A stretch of 64,000 nt of DNA from an uncultured Bacteroidales bacterium (GCA_963700275.1 CAVOWZ010000005.1:12818-76817), one strand, 5' to 3'; positions 21,395 through 34,784 are shown, counted from the stretch's first letter. A program made the numbers and translations. Notes: generated by a model from the sequence alone, not told the origin.

Positions 21395-21463
21395 TTCCTG
21401 CGGATTGTTTAAATTTATAAAATTACATAAAAGTGAAATTACTCCTCCAGCTAAAGCGAATAA

Positions 21464-22841
<1,378 letters not shown>

Positions 22842-23110
22842 ATAACTGCGTCTAATCAGGACAATATAATTAACAATCGTAGGGTTCTGAAAATCAACCC
22901 TTGCCGCAGCTATTGGATTTTATATAATTCTGAGGAACTCCCTTACAAAATATAACCGACTTGATTACCGTTCTAATTTATTGAATATATTCCAAAACAG
23001 TCATTTGTCATTATAAGAAAAGTCCATCTGATAAAGATATACTGAAGGGTAAAAATATAAATATTTTATGATATATTCAACGGATCAAACAAATAAGTAA
23101 ATAAGACATA

Positions 23111-24925
23111 ATGAATATCAGCGCTTTCAGGTATTGTTTTTTATTTTTCTTAACTGCGGTCGGATTTTCCGGCTTTTCTCAGGATCTATCACAGTCTGAC
23201 ACTATCCGGCTGACATTAAGTGATTCTCTGAAAAAAAGCGGGATAATATTTAGCGGACAGAAAAAGAAACCGGAAATAATTCTTTCGGTTGATGATGCTG
23301 TTAAATTTCTTCAGGACAGATCACTTCCAAAATACTGGAAAGACCTTGATGATCCGCTTAGGCTTTCAATACGGCAGCTTGTTTTTAAAGCTTCCAATCC
23401 TCCCTGGGATTCCGCAGAGATCTTTATCAGGAAATATCCTTTTAATTCCCTTGATATACCCTGGGAAAAATTCTATGTATGGGAACCTGTAAAGTTTAAA
23501 ATCCCTGTAATCACTCCTCCGGCATCACCAATACCTGTTGATACACTTGCCCTGTCCGATTCAACACTGACAATTATCCCATCCGATACTACAGGAATAA
23601 TTGATCTGAAATTACCCTTGAAAGTTCCTCCGACAATGCCTGTGGTAAGTCTGAAAGATACTGTGATACTGGTTGTTGCCGACACACTCAGGGAGGTATC
23701 TTCCGACAACCCCGGATTCCCTTTTACCTGGTATGACGCCCCCTTCCAGAGTGATTCAATAAAAGCTGCAGTTAATTCCCTTATGGGTTTTGTACAGGCC
23801 CGTGACTCCAGCATTGTTTATTTTACAGGCCTTGGTAACGTTGTAACACCTGTCTGGATCAATTCGCGATCGGGTATGATGCACCGGTACTGGCTCAAAA
23901 CCGACCTGAAAGATTCAGTTACTGTCTGGATCGGTGCTCAGGACCGGAACACTGTCGGGCTTTACCTCGAGAACGGGGTAAGTTTTTCCCGGCCGGTAAA
24001 ACAGGGGTATAACTCCGCCGCACGAATTGAGGTTAAGGAGATAGATAAATCAAAGCTGCTGGCTGTAAAAAAAATAATCATAAAACCACAGCAGTGGAAA
24101 TATCATTCAGAAGCCTCATTCGCACTTAACCAGGCTTCGCTTACCAATTGGGTGAAAGGGGGAGAAAGTAATATCTCAACATCATTCGATATAACAGGAT
24201 ATGCTGATTATTCAAACAAGCCATATAACATCACTTCGAATAATTTTGCCAGGATCAAATATGGTCTCGTTGCATCGGGTGATAAGGGTGTAAGGAAGAG
24301 CCTCGACCTTCTTGAAACAAATTCAAAAATCAATCACAAGGCATTCGGAAAATTTGATTTCAGCGGTATCCTCCTCTTTAAAACCCAGATCGCAAAGGGA
24401 TTTAACTATCCGAACGATTCAGTGGCCGTGTCAAAATTTTATGAATCCCGGGATTCTCACTCTTGGTATCGGGCTTGATTATAAGCCAAATAAGAATACT
24501 TCAATAAACTTCTCACCCATATCTTATAAAGGCACATACGTGCCGGATACAGCATATCGAACAGACAAAATATGGTATTGCAGCAGACAGGAGATCGAAA
24601 AATGAGTTTGGTGCCAGCTTTATGATAAGCAATGTGTACAAACCAAATTCAGAATGTGGCAATAACAAACAGGTTGCAGCTTTTTACAAATTATATAAAT
24701 AAACCTCAGAATATCGATATTGACTGGGAAATGATTGTTACGGCAAAGCTGAACTGGTTCACCGATGTGAGATTTAATACACATCTGATCTTTGATGATG
24801 ATACAAAAACCCCGACTTATGATAAGGAAAATAAACCTGTCCTCGGGCCCGATAACCAGATCAAAAAAACTGCCAGGATACAATTCAGGGAATTACTCGG
24901 GTTCTCTTTTATTTTCAGGTTCTAG
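23111..24925 (+). CDS. Secreted/outer-membrane protein with DUF3078-like C-terminal domain; split by indels
   Basis: Signal peptide, NQASLTNWVKGG, FKTQ..G, GLDYKP, C-terminal aromatic F. Confidence 0.65.
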
Positions 24926-26041
24926 AGATTTTTGAAATATCCTCCACTTCTTAAGGATCCGGCCGTTTACTCTTTCACATTCGGAACGCATCCTTGTATT
25001 GGTCTCGAGAACAAGATGGACATCTATAGTCTCCATTTGTGATTTGATGCTTGATTCAAGGATCTTTACCGCCATAAGGACATCTATACCCTGGCCCCTG
25101 AACGACTTCCTGACTCCGCCCAGCATCATCAGCAGATTCCTGGTCCTTTTAGCCTCACCTAATATTTTCAGAAAACCGAACGGGAACATTCTCCCCCTGG
25201 CTGCCTGTATCCCGGGACTCATGTCAGGTATACCGATGGCAAATCCTACTATTTCTCCTTTGGCCTCAACAAGTTTGACGAACCGGGGATCAATTATCAT
25301 CATATAGCGATCGGCCAGGTCCTTTTTTTCCTTGTCTGTAAGAGAAACAAAACCATATATTTCCTGGAAAGCCTCATTCATGAGGTTAAGTGCAGGAAGT
25401 ATATATGGGTTGAGCTCTTTTTTTGCGGTGAACTCAAGAATTTTAAATTCTTTATTATTTGCTACCCTCGAAAGTACTTTTTTATAAATAACGGGCAGTT
25501 CTTCAGGTATTTGAATCTTATAGTTTACAAGATCAACTTTCTTTTCGTATCCTTCACGTTCAAGCAGTTGCGGCATATATGGTGAATTGGTTGCCGCAAC
25601 GATGAATTTCGGAAATTCAAATCCTTCGATCTGGAAACCCTGAGGATCTTTATCAGAAAATCCAAGAGGACCAATCATCTTAACCATTCCATTACTCCGT
25701 GCCCAATCTTCTGCCTTTGATATCAGGGCATGAAAAACTTCCGGATCTTCATAACATTCCATAAAGCAAAACCGTCCGTGATGTTCTTTATGGATATCAT
25801 TATACCTCCTGTTGATAATTCCCATTATCCTCCCAACAGGCTTATTTCCCCTCCAGGCGAGATAAAGAACTGTGTCGGCATACTGGTACGACTTGTTTTT
25901 CTTTTTGTTAAACAGCTCCCATTCATCAATATAAATAGGCGGAAGCCAATTGGAGTCATCTTTATGAACCTTTTCAGGAAGATATATGAACTCTCTGAGG
26001 TCCTTTTTTGTAACAACCTCTTTAACAACCACGTCACCCAT
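24893..26041 (-). CDS. GNAT-fold hypothetical protein (YghO-like)
   Basis: FIYLP..VH...W.PP, VGRI, GPLGF, LETNTRM pattern. Confidence 0.7.
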   Translation of the reverse strand: MGDVVVKEVVTKKDLREFIYLPEKVHKDDSNWLPPIYIDEWELFNKKKNKSYQYADTVLYLAWRGNKPVGRIMGIINRRYNDIHKEHHGRFCFMECYEDPEVFHALISKAEDWARSNGMVKMIGPLGFSDKDPQGFQIEGFEFPKFIVAATNSPYMPQLLEREGYEKKVDLVNYKIQIPEELPVIYKKVLSRVANNKEFKILEFTAKKELNPYILPALNLMNEAFQEIYGFVSLTDKEKKDLADRYMMIIDPRFVKLVEAKGEIVGFAIGIPDMSPGIQAARGRMFPFGFLKILGEAKRTRNLLMMLGGVRKSFRGQGIDVLMAVKILESSIKSQMETIDVHLVLETNTRMRSECERVNGRILKKWRIFQKSLEPENKREPE

Positions 26042-26154
26042 TCGATTTCCTGTTATAATCCGGATTAATATTCAACAAGTATATAAAAAATTCCGATTAG
26101 ATTTACGTTGACAGATTATAAAACAATTTGGTTTTCAACTTTTTTACCCCGACC

Positions 26155-27034
26155 CTAAAGGGAGACAATTATAAGGTCGCAGATTACAAATGCTGCAAAA
26201 AGAATACTTGCAATACCATTGGTCGTTCCAAAAGCCAGATTAACCCTGCTGAGATCATCATTTTTAACTATAAGATGCTGGTAAACCAGTAATGAAATAA
26301 ATATTGCAGCTCCTGCCCAGAACAGGAACCCGCCTTTGCCTGAGAGTCCTGCAATGATTACCAGGATGAAAGTTATAATATGAATTATGACTGAAACAAC
26401 TATGGCTTTTGGGACTCCGACAGAAGCAGGTATTGAAAACAGATTATTTTCCCTGTCAAATGAATCATCCATCAATGAATAGATGATGTCGAATCCGCTT
26501 ACCCAGGTCAGTACAATAAAGTGAATAGATTACCGGGAGAAGCGAAAACTGGCCTGTGACAGATATATAAGCGCCAATCGGGGCAAGACTCAGACCCAGC
26601 CCGAGGATGAAATGACAGAGTGAGGTAATTCGTTTTGTAAGGCTATATCCCAGGATTATTGCCAGGGCGACGGGTGCAAGAAAAAGAGTGAGCCTGTTTA
26701 TAAAGCCTGTAGTAATAATAAAAAATGCTGAATTAATTATTACAAAAACAATTGCAGATGCCGGACTGATCTTTCCCGAAGGTATTTCCCTGTTCCTGGT
26801 TCTTGGATTCAGAGAATCATAACGCTGATCGGCAATCCTGTTAAAACCCATTGCTGCATTTCTTGCAAAGATCATACAAAGGATTATCAATAACAGGAGC
26901 CTCAGACTGAATTCCTCATTGCCCTGTGTTACTGCAATCGTAAACCCGATCAGGGCAAATGGCATGGCAAATACAGTATGGCTGAATTTAACGAGTGAGA
27001 GATAATTTTTTATTGACCTCAGAAAAGCGCTCAT
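26155..27034 (-). CDS. UbiA-family polyprenyltransferase (MqnP-like); one indel
   Basis: KFSHTVFAMPF, ARNAAMGFNRIAD..D..NPRT..REIP, multiple TM segments. Confidence 0.88.
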
Positions 27035-27555
27035 TGATTGATAAGCTTCCTGTAAGCTTCATAATTCTCATCGTCATAAGCGACAAAAATGACTTTTTCC
27101 GGAACAGTATGTTTTCTTAAGGAATCTTTTTGTCTCATTATATGCTATCAATGCTGCCAGATCTTTCGGAAATCCGTACATGCCTGTCGAGATTGCCGGG
27201 AAATGCGATTGTTTTCAGCTTTTTCTTATTTGCCAGCTCAAGGCTCGACTGATAACAAGAAGCAAGCAAGGTCCGTCTCATTATTATTCCCGCCATGCCA
27301 TACCGGGCCAACAGTATGGATTATATGTTTGGCTTTCAGGTTATAGCCTTTTGTCATTTTGGATTCTCCTGTTTTACAGCCATCCAGTACTCAGGCACTC
27401 TGCATAGAGCTCAGGCCCGGCTGCCTTATGAATAGCCCTGTCTACACCTCCGCCTCCGAGAAGTGAGTTGTTTGCTGCATTTACGATAGCATCGACATCC
27501 AGAGTCGTGATGTCGCCTTTTATCAGTTCGATTCTTTCATTAAAAATTTTTCCAT
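27031..27555 (-). CDS. Macro domain O-acetyl-ADP-ribose deacetylase (YmdB-like); split by indels
   Basis: Hand reading gives [43 protein letters not shown]. Confidence 0.88.
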
Positions 27556-30014
27556 CATCTTATACTTGCATTAAGTTCTTTTTCAAAAGCATTGATCAAA
27601 TTATTAATTGTTTTTTCAATATGTCTTGTCAGTAAGTGTTTTCAGATCGTCCCTCAGAATGAAGCTGACCGCATAGGATTTTTTATTCAACCCAGATTGA
27701 ATCACTTTCATATACATCAAAAAGATCAACATTTTTCAGAATGTATTTTTCTGTTCTGAAAGCAATATCCCTTATCTGTCCGAACTTTACTTCCTTATCG
27801 AGAAGCAGGGCAAGGTCTCTTCTTACCCAGGGATACTTTGGAAGCTCATGGTATGAAACAGTGTGGTTTTTAACGAGTTTCATCAACAGATCCCAGTCAA
27901 TATGCGCATAATAAACATCCTGGCCGATATCAAATTTATCAAGAAATACCCGGATATCTTACCCGCTTCGGCAATTAATTTATTATCTGATAAATATGTT
28001 ATTGATTCAGAAAAATATTTTTTGTTGCTTTCACCTGAGTGCAGATCCACCGGATTGAAGTCCAAGCCTGGCAAGCACCATTTCGACAGTTGCTTTGATA
28101 TTAAAGAAATCGGTAGGGATGGTTTTGTAATTCCAGCGCTGTTTACCCCTGTTGCCCGAAATGAAATATATCGAGGGATTTATTTTCTATATAATCACTG
28201 ACTGCCGGAATGGATTTTCCTGATTTCTGGTGAAATAGCAGTTGCCGAATTCATATAGTTTCAGGTCGGCATTCTGACGGTTTATATTCCAGGCTACAGA
28301 GCTTAGTCCTCCGAAAAGAAGAGACTGCCTCATTGCATTAAGATCGGAACTGAGCGGATTTGCCAGCATTACAAGCTGGTCCCTGTCAAATTCTTCTGTC
28401 TCGTAAAATGATCGCCGGATTAAGCGAGTTGCACATTATTTCAGCAAAGCCGTTCGCAGTAAGCATATCAGCGATTAGTGTTCCGAAGCTTTTCCCTGTC
28501 TGGCTTTTCAGGATAATACAGTGTTGAATTCACATGATCATCAATTTCAACATTATTATATCCGTAAATTCTCAGTATTTCTTCGATAACATCAGCTTCG
28601 CGGTGGACATCAACCCTGTAAAGCGGGATTTCAAGGTCAAGACCATCGGCGGACTCATTCAGGATGTTCATATCCAGAAGGCCTGATTATCTTTTTGATT
28701 GTCTCAGGTTCAATCTTTTTCCCAATAAGTCTGGTAATATTCTTATAGCTGATTTTTATCTGCACCCTGTTTATCTTTTCGGGATAAACATCCACAATGC
28801 CTGAGGAAATCTTTCCTCCTGCTATTTCCCTTATCAGGATTATTGCCCTTTTAAGGGCCCAGACGGTTCTTCAGGATCAGCACCTCTTTCGAACCTGAAC
28901 GAAGCATCAGTATTCAGACCGTGCCGTCTTGCGGTTTTTCTGATAGAAACAGGATTGAAATATGCACTTTCGAGAAAGATATTTTTCGTTGTTTCAGTAA
29001 CACCTGATTTTATACCCCCGAATACACCTGCAATACACATACCTTCATTAACATTGCAGATCATCAGGTCTCTTGATGAGAGTGTCCTTTCCATCCCGTC
29101 GAGTGTGATGAACTTCGATTTGTCAGGCAGGTTGCGGATGATCACTTTCTTCCCGTCAATCCTGTCGGCATCGAAAGCATGCAGTGGCTGCCCGATCTCA
29201 TGCTGAACGAAATTGGTAATATCCACTACATTGTTGATGGGATTGAGCCCTATCGCTCTCAGTTTGTTTTTAAGCCATTCAGGTGATTCGGCAATTCTTA
29301 CCCCGCTGATTGTTATTCCGGAATACCTGGGGCAATCAATTGTGTTTTCAATGATAACCTCATAAGGATTGTCATTATTGTCGGGTTTGAAATTATCGAG
29401 CGACGGAAGTGATGCTTTTTCTTGTAAGTCCTTCATTGATATTCAGATAAGCAGCAAGATCCCTTGCAACGCCGAAATGGCAGCCGCTGTCGATCCTGTT
29501 CGGGGTAAGCCCGATCTCAAAAACAGTATCCTTTACAATTTTAAAATATTCCGATGCCGGCGTTCCCGGAACAGCATCTTTCATCGAGAACCATTATTCC
29601 TTCATGTAATGATCCGAGTCCCAGTTCATCTTCGGCACATATCATTCCCTCAGAAAGTTCGCCCCTTATCTTTGATTTTTTTATTTCAAATGATTCATTC
29701 CCTTTAAAGACAAAAGTGCCCTGAATAGCCACAGGGACTTTCTGTCCGGCAGCAACATTGGGAGCACCGCAGACTATCTGAAGCGGATCCGAAGTTCCGA
29801 TATTCACAGTGGTAACAGAAAGCTTATCGGCATCCGGATGTTTCTTACAAGTCAGTACCTCGCCTATCACAACCCCTTTCAGTCCTCCTTTGACAGATTC
29901 CCATTCCTCCATTGATTCTACCTCCAGACCAATACCTGTCAGGATAGCTGATAATTTTTGTGGTTCGATATCGATATCGAGGTAATCTTTGAGCCAGTTG
30001 TATGAGATCTTCAT
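27555..30014 (-). CDS. pheT: Phenylalanyl-tRNA synthetase beta subunit; split by indels
   Basis: [58 protein letters not shown]. Confidence 0.93.
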
Positions 30015-30033
30015 GGTTGTACTTAACAGACCG

Positions 30034-30041
30034 CAAAAGTA
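30034..30041 (-). promoter_or_regulatory. -7 promoter element for pheT
   Basis: TACTTTTG (TAnnTTTG) about 20 nt upstream of the ATG. Confidence 0.55.
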
Positions 30042-30100
30042 AGAATTTTAGAAAATGTTTTAAGCCTTGCAGGTTATTTCGACAGAGAAATTATGATCGT

Positions 30101-30276
30101 GCATCTTTTTCCGGCAGGTAAGGTGGCCTGGAACTGGTCACGGCTTTGATTGGATGGCAACCCTTCCAGGGTTGGTAGAATGGGGTGGTATGCCTACCCG
30201 GTGTGGGACCCGGGCTACTGGAAGTTGACACCGCTGGTGTCCCGGAGAAGGCAATAAACATTCTCCGGTATTTTTT
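30101..30276 (+). ncRNA. Unidentified GC-rich structured RNA candidate with overlapping intrinsic terminator
   Basis: Several short hairpins are closed by 30105-30114/30242-30251. An alternative CCGGAGAA/TTCTCCGG hairpin with a T-run follows. No match to families I can recognise by eye. Confidence 0.5.
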
Positions 30277-30335
30277 GTTAAATCCAGTAAGTCCAAATTA
30301 TCTGAAAACTTTATAATCATTTAAAATTAAACAGA

Positions 30336-31232
30336 ATGAAAGTTTTTTACACATTAATGCTTGTTGTATTAGTTTCAGCAGGGTTATATGCTCAGTCGCC
30401 TCAGCTTATTAGTTATCAGGCAGTTATCAGGGATGCAGCCGGTACTCTTGTTCGTGACCGGGAAGTTGGAATAAGAATACAGATTTTAAGCACATCTGGA
30501 ACCGGTCCGGCAGTATATACTGAAGAACATTCACCAACGACAAATGTGAATGGACTTGTAAGTCTTGATATAGGTGCAGGAACACCTGTTGCAGGAACTT
30601 TTACCGGTATTGACTGGTCAGTCGGACCATATTTTATCAAAGTGGAAGCTGATACTGAGGGTGGTACAAATTATACTATTGCAGGTGTAAGCCAGATACT
30701 GAGTGTACCCTATGCTTTGCATGCAAAAACTGCTGAAATGTTAAAACCCCATTTCATTGGTGAAAATTTTGGCGGCGGGATTGTTTTTCATCTCTATGAT
30801 AATGGTCAGCATGGTTTAATTGCAGCCCCATATGATCTGACCACAGGTATCAGATGGCATGCCGGAGGCGAAACAGGCATATATACTCCGACAATGGCAA
30901 AAGGTGACGGAATTAATTCAGGTAAAGTGAACACTGTCATCATAATTGCTGTCCAGCTGGATGGTGACGGTGCAACTTATGCTGCAAGAATGAGTAACGA
31001 ATATTCTGTAACCCCGGGTTCGGCTTATGGCGACTGGTATCTGCCTTCAAAATCCGAGTTGAATCTGCTGTTTCTGCGGCAGGAAATAATCGGTGGCTTT
31101 GCTGTCGGTTCTTACTGGAGTTCCACGGAAGCAAATAATCCCCAGGCCTGGAGCCAGGACTTTAACACCGGGTTGCAATCCCAGAGTACAAAGAATAATA
31201 CTTTCCGGGTGAGGGCGGTAAGAGCTTTCTGA
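30336..31232 (+). CDS. Secreted protein with DUF1566/Lcl-like C-terminal domain
   Basis: Signal peptide, SYQAVIRDA, SVPYALHA, GGIVF, DWYLPSKSEL, YWSSTE, VRAVRAF. Confidence 0.8.
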   Translation: MKVFYTLMLVVLVSAGLYAQSPQLISYQAVIRDAAGTLVRDREVGIRIQILSTSGTGPAVYTEEHSPTTNVNGLVSLDIGAGTPVAGTFTGIDWSVGPYFIKVEADTEGGTNYTIAGVSQILSVPYALHAKTAEMLKPHFIGENFGGGIVFHLYDNGQHGLIAAPYDLTTGIRWHAGGETGIYTPTMAKGDGINSGKVNTVIIIAVQLDGDGATYAARMSNEYSVTPGSAYGDWYLPSKSELNLLFLRQEIIGGFAVGSYWSSTEANNPQAWSQDFNTGLQSQSTKNNTFRVRAVRAF

Positions 31233-31257
31233 CCAGGATAATTCATGCAGAAGACCC

Positions 31258-31393
31258 CTGCCTGACCGACGTCAGTCGGCCAGGGAAGTCCGGAGTCCGG
31301 AGTCCGAAGTAAGATATAAGAATTATTGTATTAACCCCCATTATTCTTGCATCTGACTTTTTTCTTCCGACTTCTGACTTCGGACTTCCGACT
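31258..31393. repeat. Heptamer-based inverted repeat (GTCCGRA.. / ..TYCGACT)
   Basis: GAAGTCCGGAGTCCGGAGTCCGAAGT vs TTCCGACTTCTGACTTCGGACTTCCGACT, between convergent genes. Confidence 0.55.
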
Positions 31394-32439
31394 TATTGTC
31401 GGGGGATTGAAAGTTTAAATCCTGTTTTGTTGAGTTCCTGGTCAAAATTGGGGTCATAGTTTTGATAATCTGAATAGACTATCTCTCCCAGATTATTGAC
31501 CCATCTGTATTTCCAGTGGTTAGTATCGGTTTCAGTATTTCCGGTGATAGGATTCTTATATTCATTTTGGTCAGTGAGGTTCAGGTACATGTCTTTATTA
31601 ATCTCAGAATTTGTTCTTCTGTGATTGTCATTGATCAATTTATCGATAGCCTGTATTTCCTGTTGGGTAAGGAGTATTTGTCCGGCCCGTTTGCGCTGAT
31701 TGTTTGCCTCATCTGCTACCCAGCCGGTACGCCAAATGCCTGAGTTTTGAATTACGCTCAGTATTGGTTCCCACTTATCCAATTCACCAAATGGTGCCCT
31801 GAAAAGCATTGTTGTCCTGTTTTTCCACATACCGGCTCCGTTGACGCCATAATCTTCAATGACGGTGATCATGCGTTCATGGTATTTGGTACCTCTTTCG
31901 GTATAGGTGTATTCAAGCATGCCTGCCTGGTAAGACATGTTAGTGACAGTTTTCAGACCGGGATCGACACTCTGTATGAATAATCCTGCCAGTTCGGGAA
32001 GAGGCTTCTCTGATATGACATTTATATTTACAGCTTCAGGATGTGAATAAGGTATGGCTACTTCCAGAATAAATCTCTGTGGAGATCTTTTCCTTCTTAC
32101 AAGCATATTATTGAATACAGATCCTTCGGGATATCCGAAAGCTCTTGATTGATCAAGACACATCATTTCAGGAAGCCACCGGATCATAACACTTCCGTTT
32201 GAGTTATTCTTCACTGCCATGTCAAATTTACAATCGACCATATTGCTGGCCCCGGCGATCTGATCAGACAACAGTCTTATAGCACCCCCTTCTATTGTCC
32301 ATCCGGATGGAACAAGGAGACTGAAGGCTTTTTCACGTGGTTCATCCAGACGCTTGAAATATACTCCCTGAGACTGTCCTGAAACATAAATGTTAGTTGA
32401 CAGCATCCAAAGAACTGACAGATAACGGATCGTTTTCAT
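31393..32439 (-). CDS. Hypothetical secreted protein
   Basis: 348-aa intact ORF with a signal peptide; no family recognised. Confidence 0.7.
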   Translation of the reverse strand: MKTIRYLSVLWMLSTNIYVSGQSQGVYFKRLDEPREKAFSLLVPSGWTIEGGAIRLLSDQIAGASNMVDCKFDMAVKNNSNGSVMIRWLPEMMCLDQSRAFGYPEGSVFNNMLVRRKRSPQRFILEVAIPYSHPEAVNINVISEKPLPELAGLFIQSVDPGLKTVTNMSYQAGMLEYTYTERGTKYHERMITVIEDYGVNGAGMWKNRTTMLFRAPFGELDKWEPILSVIQNSGIWRTGWVADEANNQRKRAGQILLTQQEIQAIDKLINDNHRRTNSEINKDMYLNLTDQNEYKNPITGNTETDTNHWKYRWVNNLGEIVYSDYQNYDPNFDQELNKTGFKLSIPRQ

Positions 32440-32565
32440 ATTAAGCTTTAAGAATCTAAATTTACGAATTCATATTTAGAATAGGAAAAATTTGACTCGC
32501 ATGATTCTTTTTCGTAAATTTCATAAGTAAATCATTTCTAATAAATTATCAAATATATCTCTTTT

Positions 32566-33425
32566 ATGAAGACTAAAATGTATTTTTTGAGATCAGGTGT
32601 AATTTTAATTACAATGGTACTATCTGCTCAACTGATTAGTATTCAGGCTCAGGAATCTGAATATAAGGACACTCCCTGGTTCTCGGGGATGCCCAACTAC
32701 TCTATTTATGAAGGTGAAGAAGTTGAATTTGACAGCTATAATTTTTTCAACGGAAAGAACTGTACAACCGTTGAAGGAAAGAAATTTAAAAGGACTTATG
32801 CATTAAAGGAAGATGCGCAGAAATCGAGCGTTATTCAGATAATGCGTAATTATTCAAACGCTATAAAAAGCATGGGGGGGACTGTTATTTACGAGGGAAT
32901 GCCTCAGAATGCAAATTGTGCGGATAATAACGGCTTAAATATGGTGATAGGGAAGGCTGTTAAAGGTGCAGACGAATTATGGGTAGAAGTGGTAACACTC
33001 GGAGGAGATGACTTTTACCTTACTATCATATTAAAGGAGTTGATGAAGCAGGATGTCACAGCTAATGATATGTTTGAAGCCCTGAACCGTGACGGTCATA
33101 TCGCCCTTTACATAAATTTTGACTTCGGCAAGTCAGCTATCAGGGATGAATCCAAACCAGTCATAGATCAGATTGTCCAGATGCTGAAGTCAAATCCGGA
33201 CCTGAAAATCGGAGTGGAAGGGCACACTGATAATGTAGGGACTCCTACATCAAACAAAACCCTCTCCGAGGCAAGGGCAAAGTCCGTGGTTTCTGCAATC
33301 GTTGCCCAGGGAATTTCTACTGACCGTCTAAGTCCTGGGGGTTTGGCCAGGATAAACCCATAGCAGACAATAATACCGAGGAAGGAAGGGCAAAAAACAG
33401 AAGGGTAGAATTAGTTAAAAGATAA
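32566..33425 (+). CDS. OmpA-family peptidoglycan-binding domain protein; indel near the 3' end
   Basis: INFDFGK, VEGHTDNVG, LSEARAKSV; the shifted frame gives GRAKNRRVELVK. Confidence 0.88.
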
Positions 33426-33521
33426 CCCTGGAGTCGGGAACTTGTCAGAACATTGAACCGGGCTCCTGCAATCTCTTTGAATCTTGAAGAAAGACTCATT
33501 AACAATTAATGATTTAATACA

Positions 33522-34313
33522 ATGAAAAAGCTATTCTCTTTAACCTTTGTAATCCTTCTGACACTGCAGACGTCAGGTCAGTATATTGACCTTAAACAAC
33601 TCAAAGATGCAGGGATAGATATCAATCAATCTCCGCCTCAGGATCTTCTTCAACTGGGCATAGGTAATTGTGATCTGGATATTATTAAATCAGCAATCGC
33701 AAAAGGAGCTGATGTAAACAAGCAATTTGAAGGAGCCGGTATTTCGACATTTCCTCTTTGTTCGGCTATTGGAGCAGCATCCGGCGTAATGCTTCCGGCT
33801 GATTACAGCATGATAGCAAATCAGGTACTTGAAGGGGGATCTGATGTCTATTCGGGCCGGTCAGTCAGTGATTTACGCCGTGACTATATAGAGATCATCA
33901 GGTTTCTTTTACAAAATGGTGCAAAAGCTAATATTTCATCTGATTTTGATTCGGACAATATTCCTTTACTTATTTCTGCTAAGAACCATGATATTGAAAT
34001 TATCAAACTGCTTCTGGATTTTAAGGCTGATCCTGATATCAGTGATGATAAGGGAATGACGGCACTTCATTTACTCGGCGAACCTGTTGCTGTGCCCCTT
34101 CCATATAAGAATTCCCCGGAGATAGCAAAGTTGTTAATATCAAAAGGGGCTAAGATGAATAAAGTTCATTTAACTGGTGAGACACCTCTGGCATTTGTAA
34201 AATCAATGCTTAATATAATCCAATCACCGGAAGCTTCGTACTGGAGAGATCTTCCTTTTTATAATGAACTTGTCATCAGTTTTAAAAGCCTGATTGAGAT
34301 TTACAGCAAATAA
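33522..34313 (+). CDS. Secreted ankyrin-repeat protein
   Basis: Signal peptide; KGADVN, LLQNGA, GMTALH, GETPL motifs. Confidence 0.8.
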   Translation: MKKLFSLTFVILLTLQTSGQYIDLKQLKDAGIDINQSPPQDLLQLGIGNCDLDIIKSAIAKGADVNKQFEGAGISTFPLCSAIGAASGVMLPADYSMIANQVLEGGSDVYSGRSVSDLRRDYIEIIRFLLQNGAKANISSDFDSDNIPLLISAKNHDIEIIKLLLDFKADPDISDDKGMTALHLLGEPVAVPLPYKNSPEIAKLLISKGAKMNKVHLTGETPLAFVKSMLNIIQSPEASYWRDLPFYNELVISFKSLIEIYSK

Positions 34314-34560
34314 ATATCTACGTGTTAAAATACATATTTTAATACGTATTTTAATGGCTATGTTATGAATTATGCAACATTGCTAATATATATTAACCTC
34401 ATACATAGCTTATTGGACAGAGGGTTAATATCCCTATCCCAGACCTCGCCCCAGTGGAAGGAGCGCAAAGCCTCCCGCTTAAGGCGGGACGGGAAAGGGG
34501 GTTTAAGCAGAATAGTTGCGTTACAAATCATTACATAGCCATTTTAATACGTAGATATTT
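34312..34560. mobile_element. ~250 bp MITE-like element with long AT-rich inverted arms and GC-rich core
   Basis: AAATATCTACGTGTTAAAAT / ATTTTAATACGTAGATATTT and AATGGCTATGT / ACATAGCCATT; core hairpin TCCCGCTTAAGGCGGGA. Confidence 0.6.
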
Positions 34561-34653
34561 TACAAGCGACAACTAATCAGAGACTTATATTAACGATTAA
34601 TATTCAGTATATCATCAACTATAAAGAGGTATGCTAGCCTGCCTGACCTCTTT

Positions 34654-34775
34654 CGCCCTATGGGGCTTAGGGCAGGTAACGCCTACAAGGCCGTAGACCC
34701 TACATACTTTAAAGGAGGGCAACGCCCTGCGGAAAGAACTGCCTCATCTGCCCCCAAGCCCCGTAGGATCGGAAT
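34654..34775. repeat. REP-like hairpins downstream of tnpA, including one degenerate array unit
   Basis: CGCCCTATGGGGCT, AAGGCCGTAGACCCTACATAC..AGGGCAACGCCCTGCGGAAAG, AGCCCCGTAGG. Confidence 0.7.
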
Positions 34776-34784
34776 AAGATACTT

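Noticed and set aside
22842-23110. Leader peptide or attenuator for the true tnaA
   Set aside because: I found no Trp-containing uORF or hairpin-plus-U-run by eye.
30101-30252. T-box or other leader regulating pheT on the minus strand
   Set aside because: There is no T-box consensus, pheT has its own TAnnTTTG element downstream of the structure, and the terminator T-run is on the plus strand.
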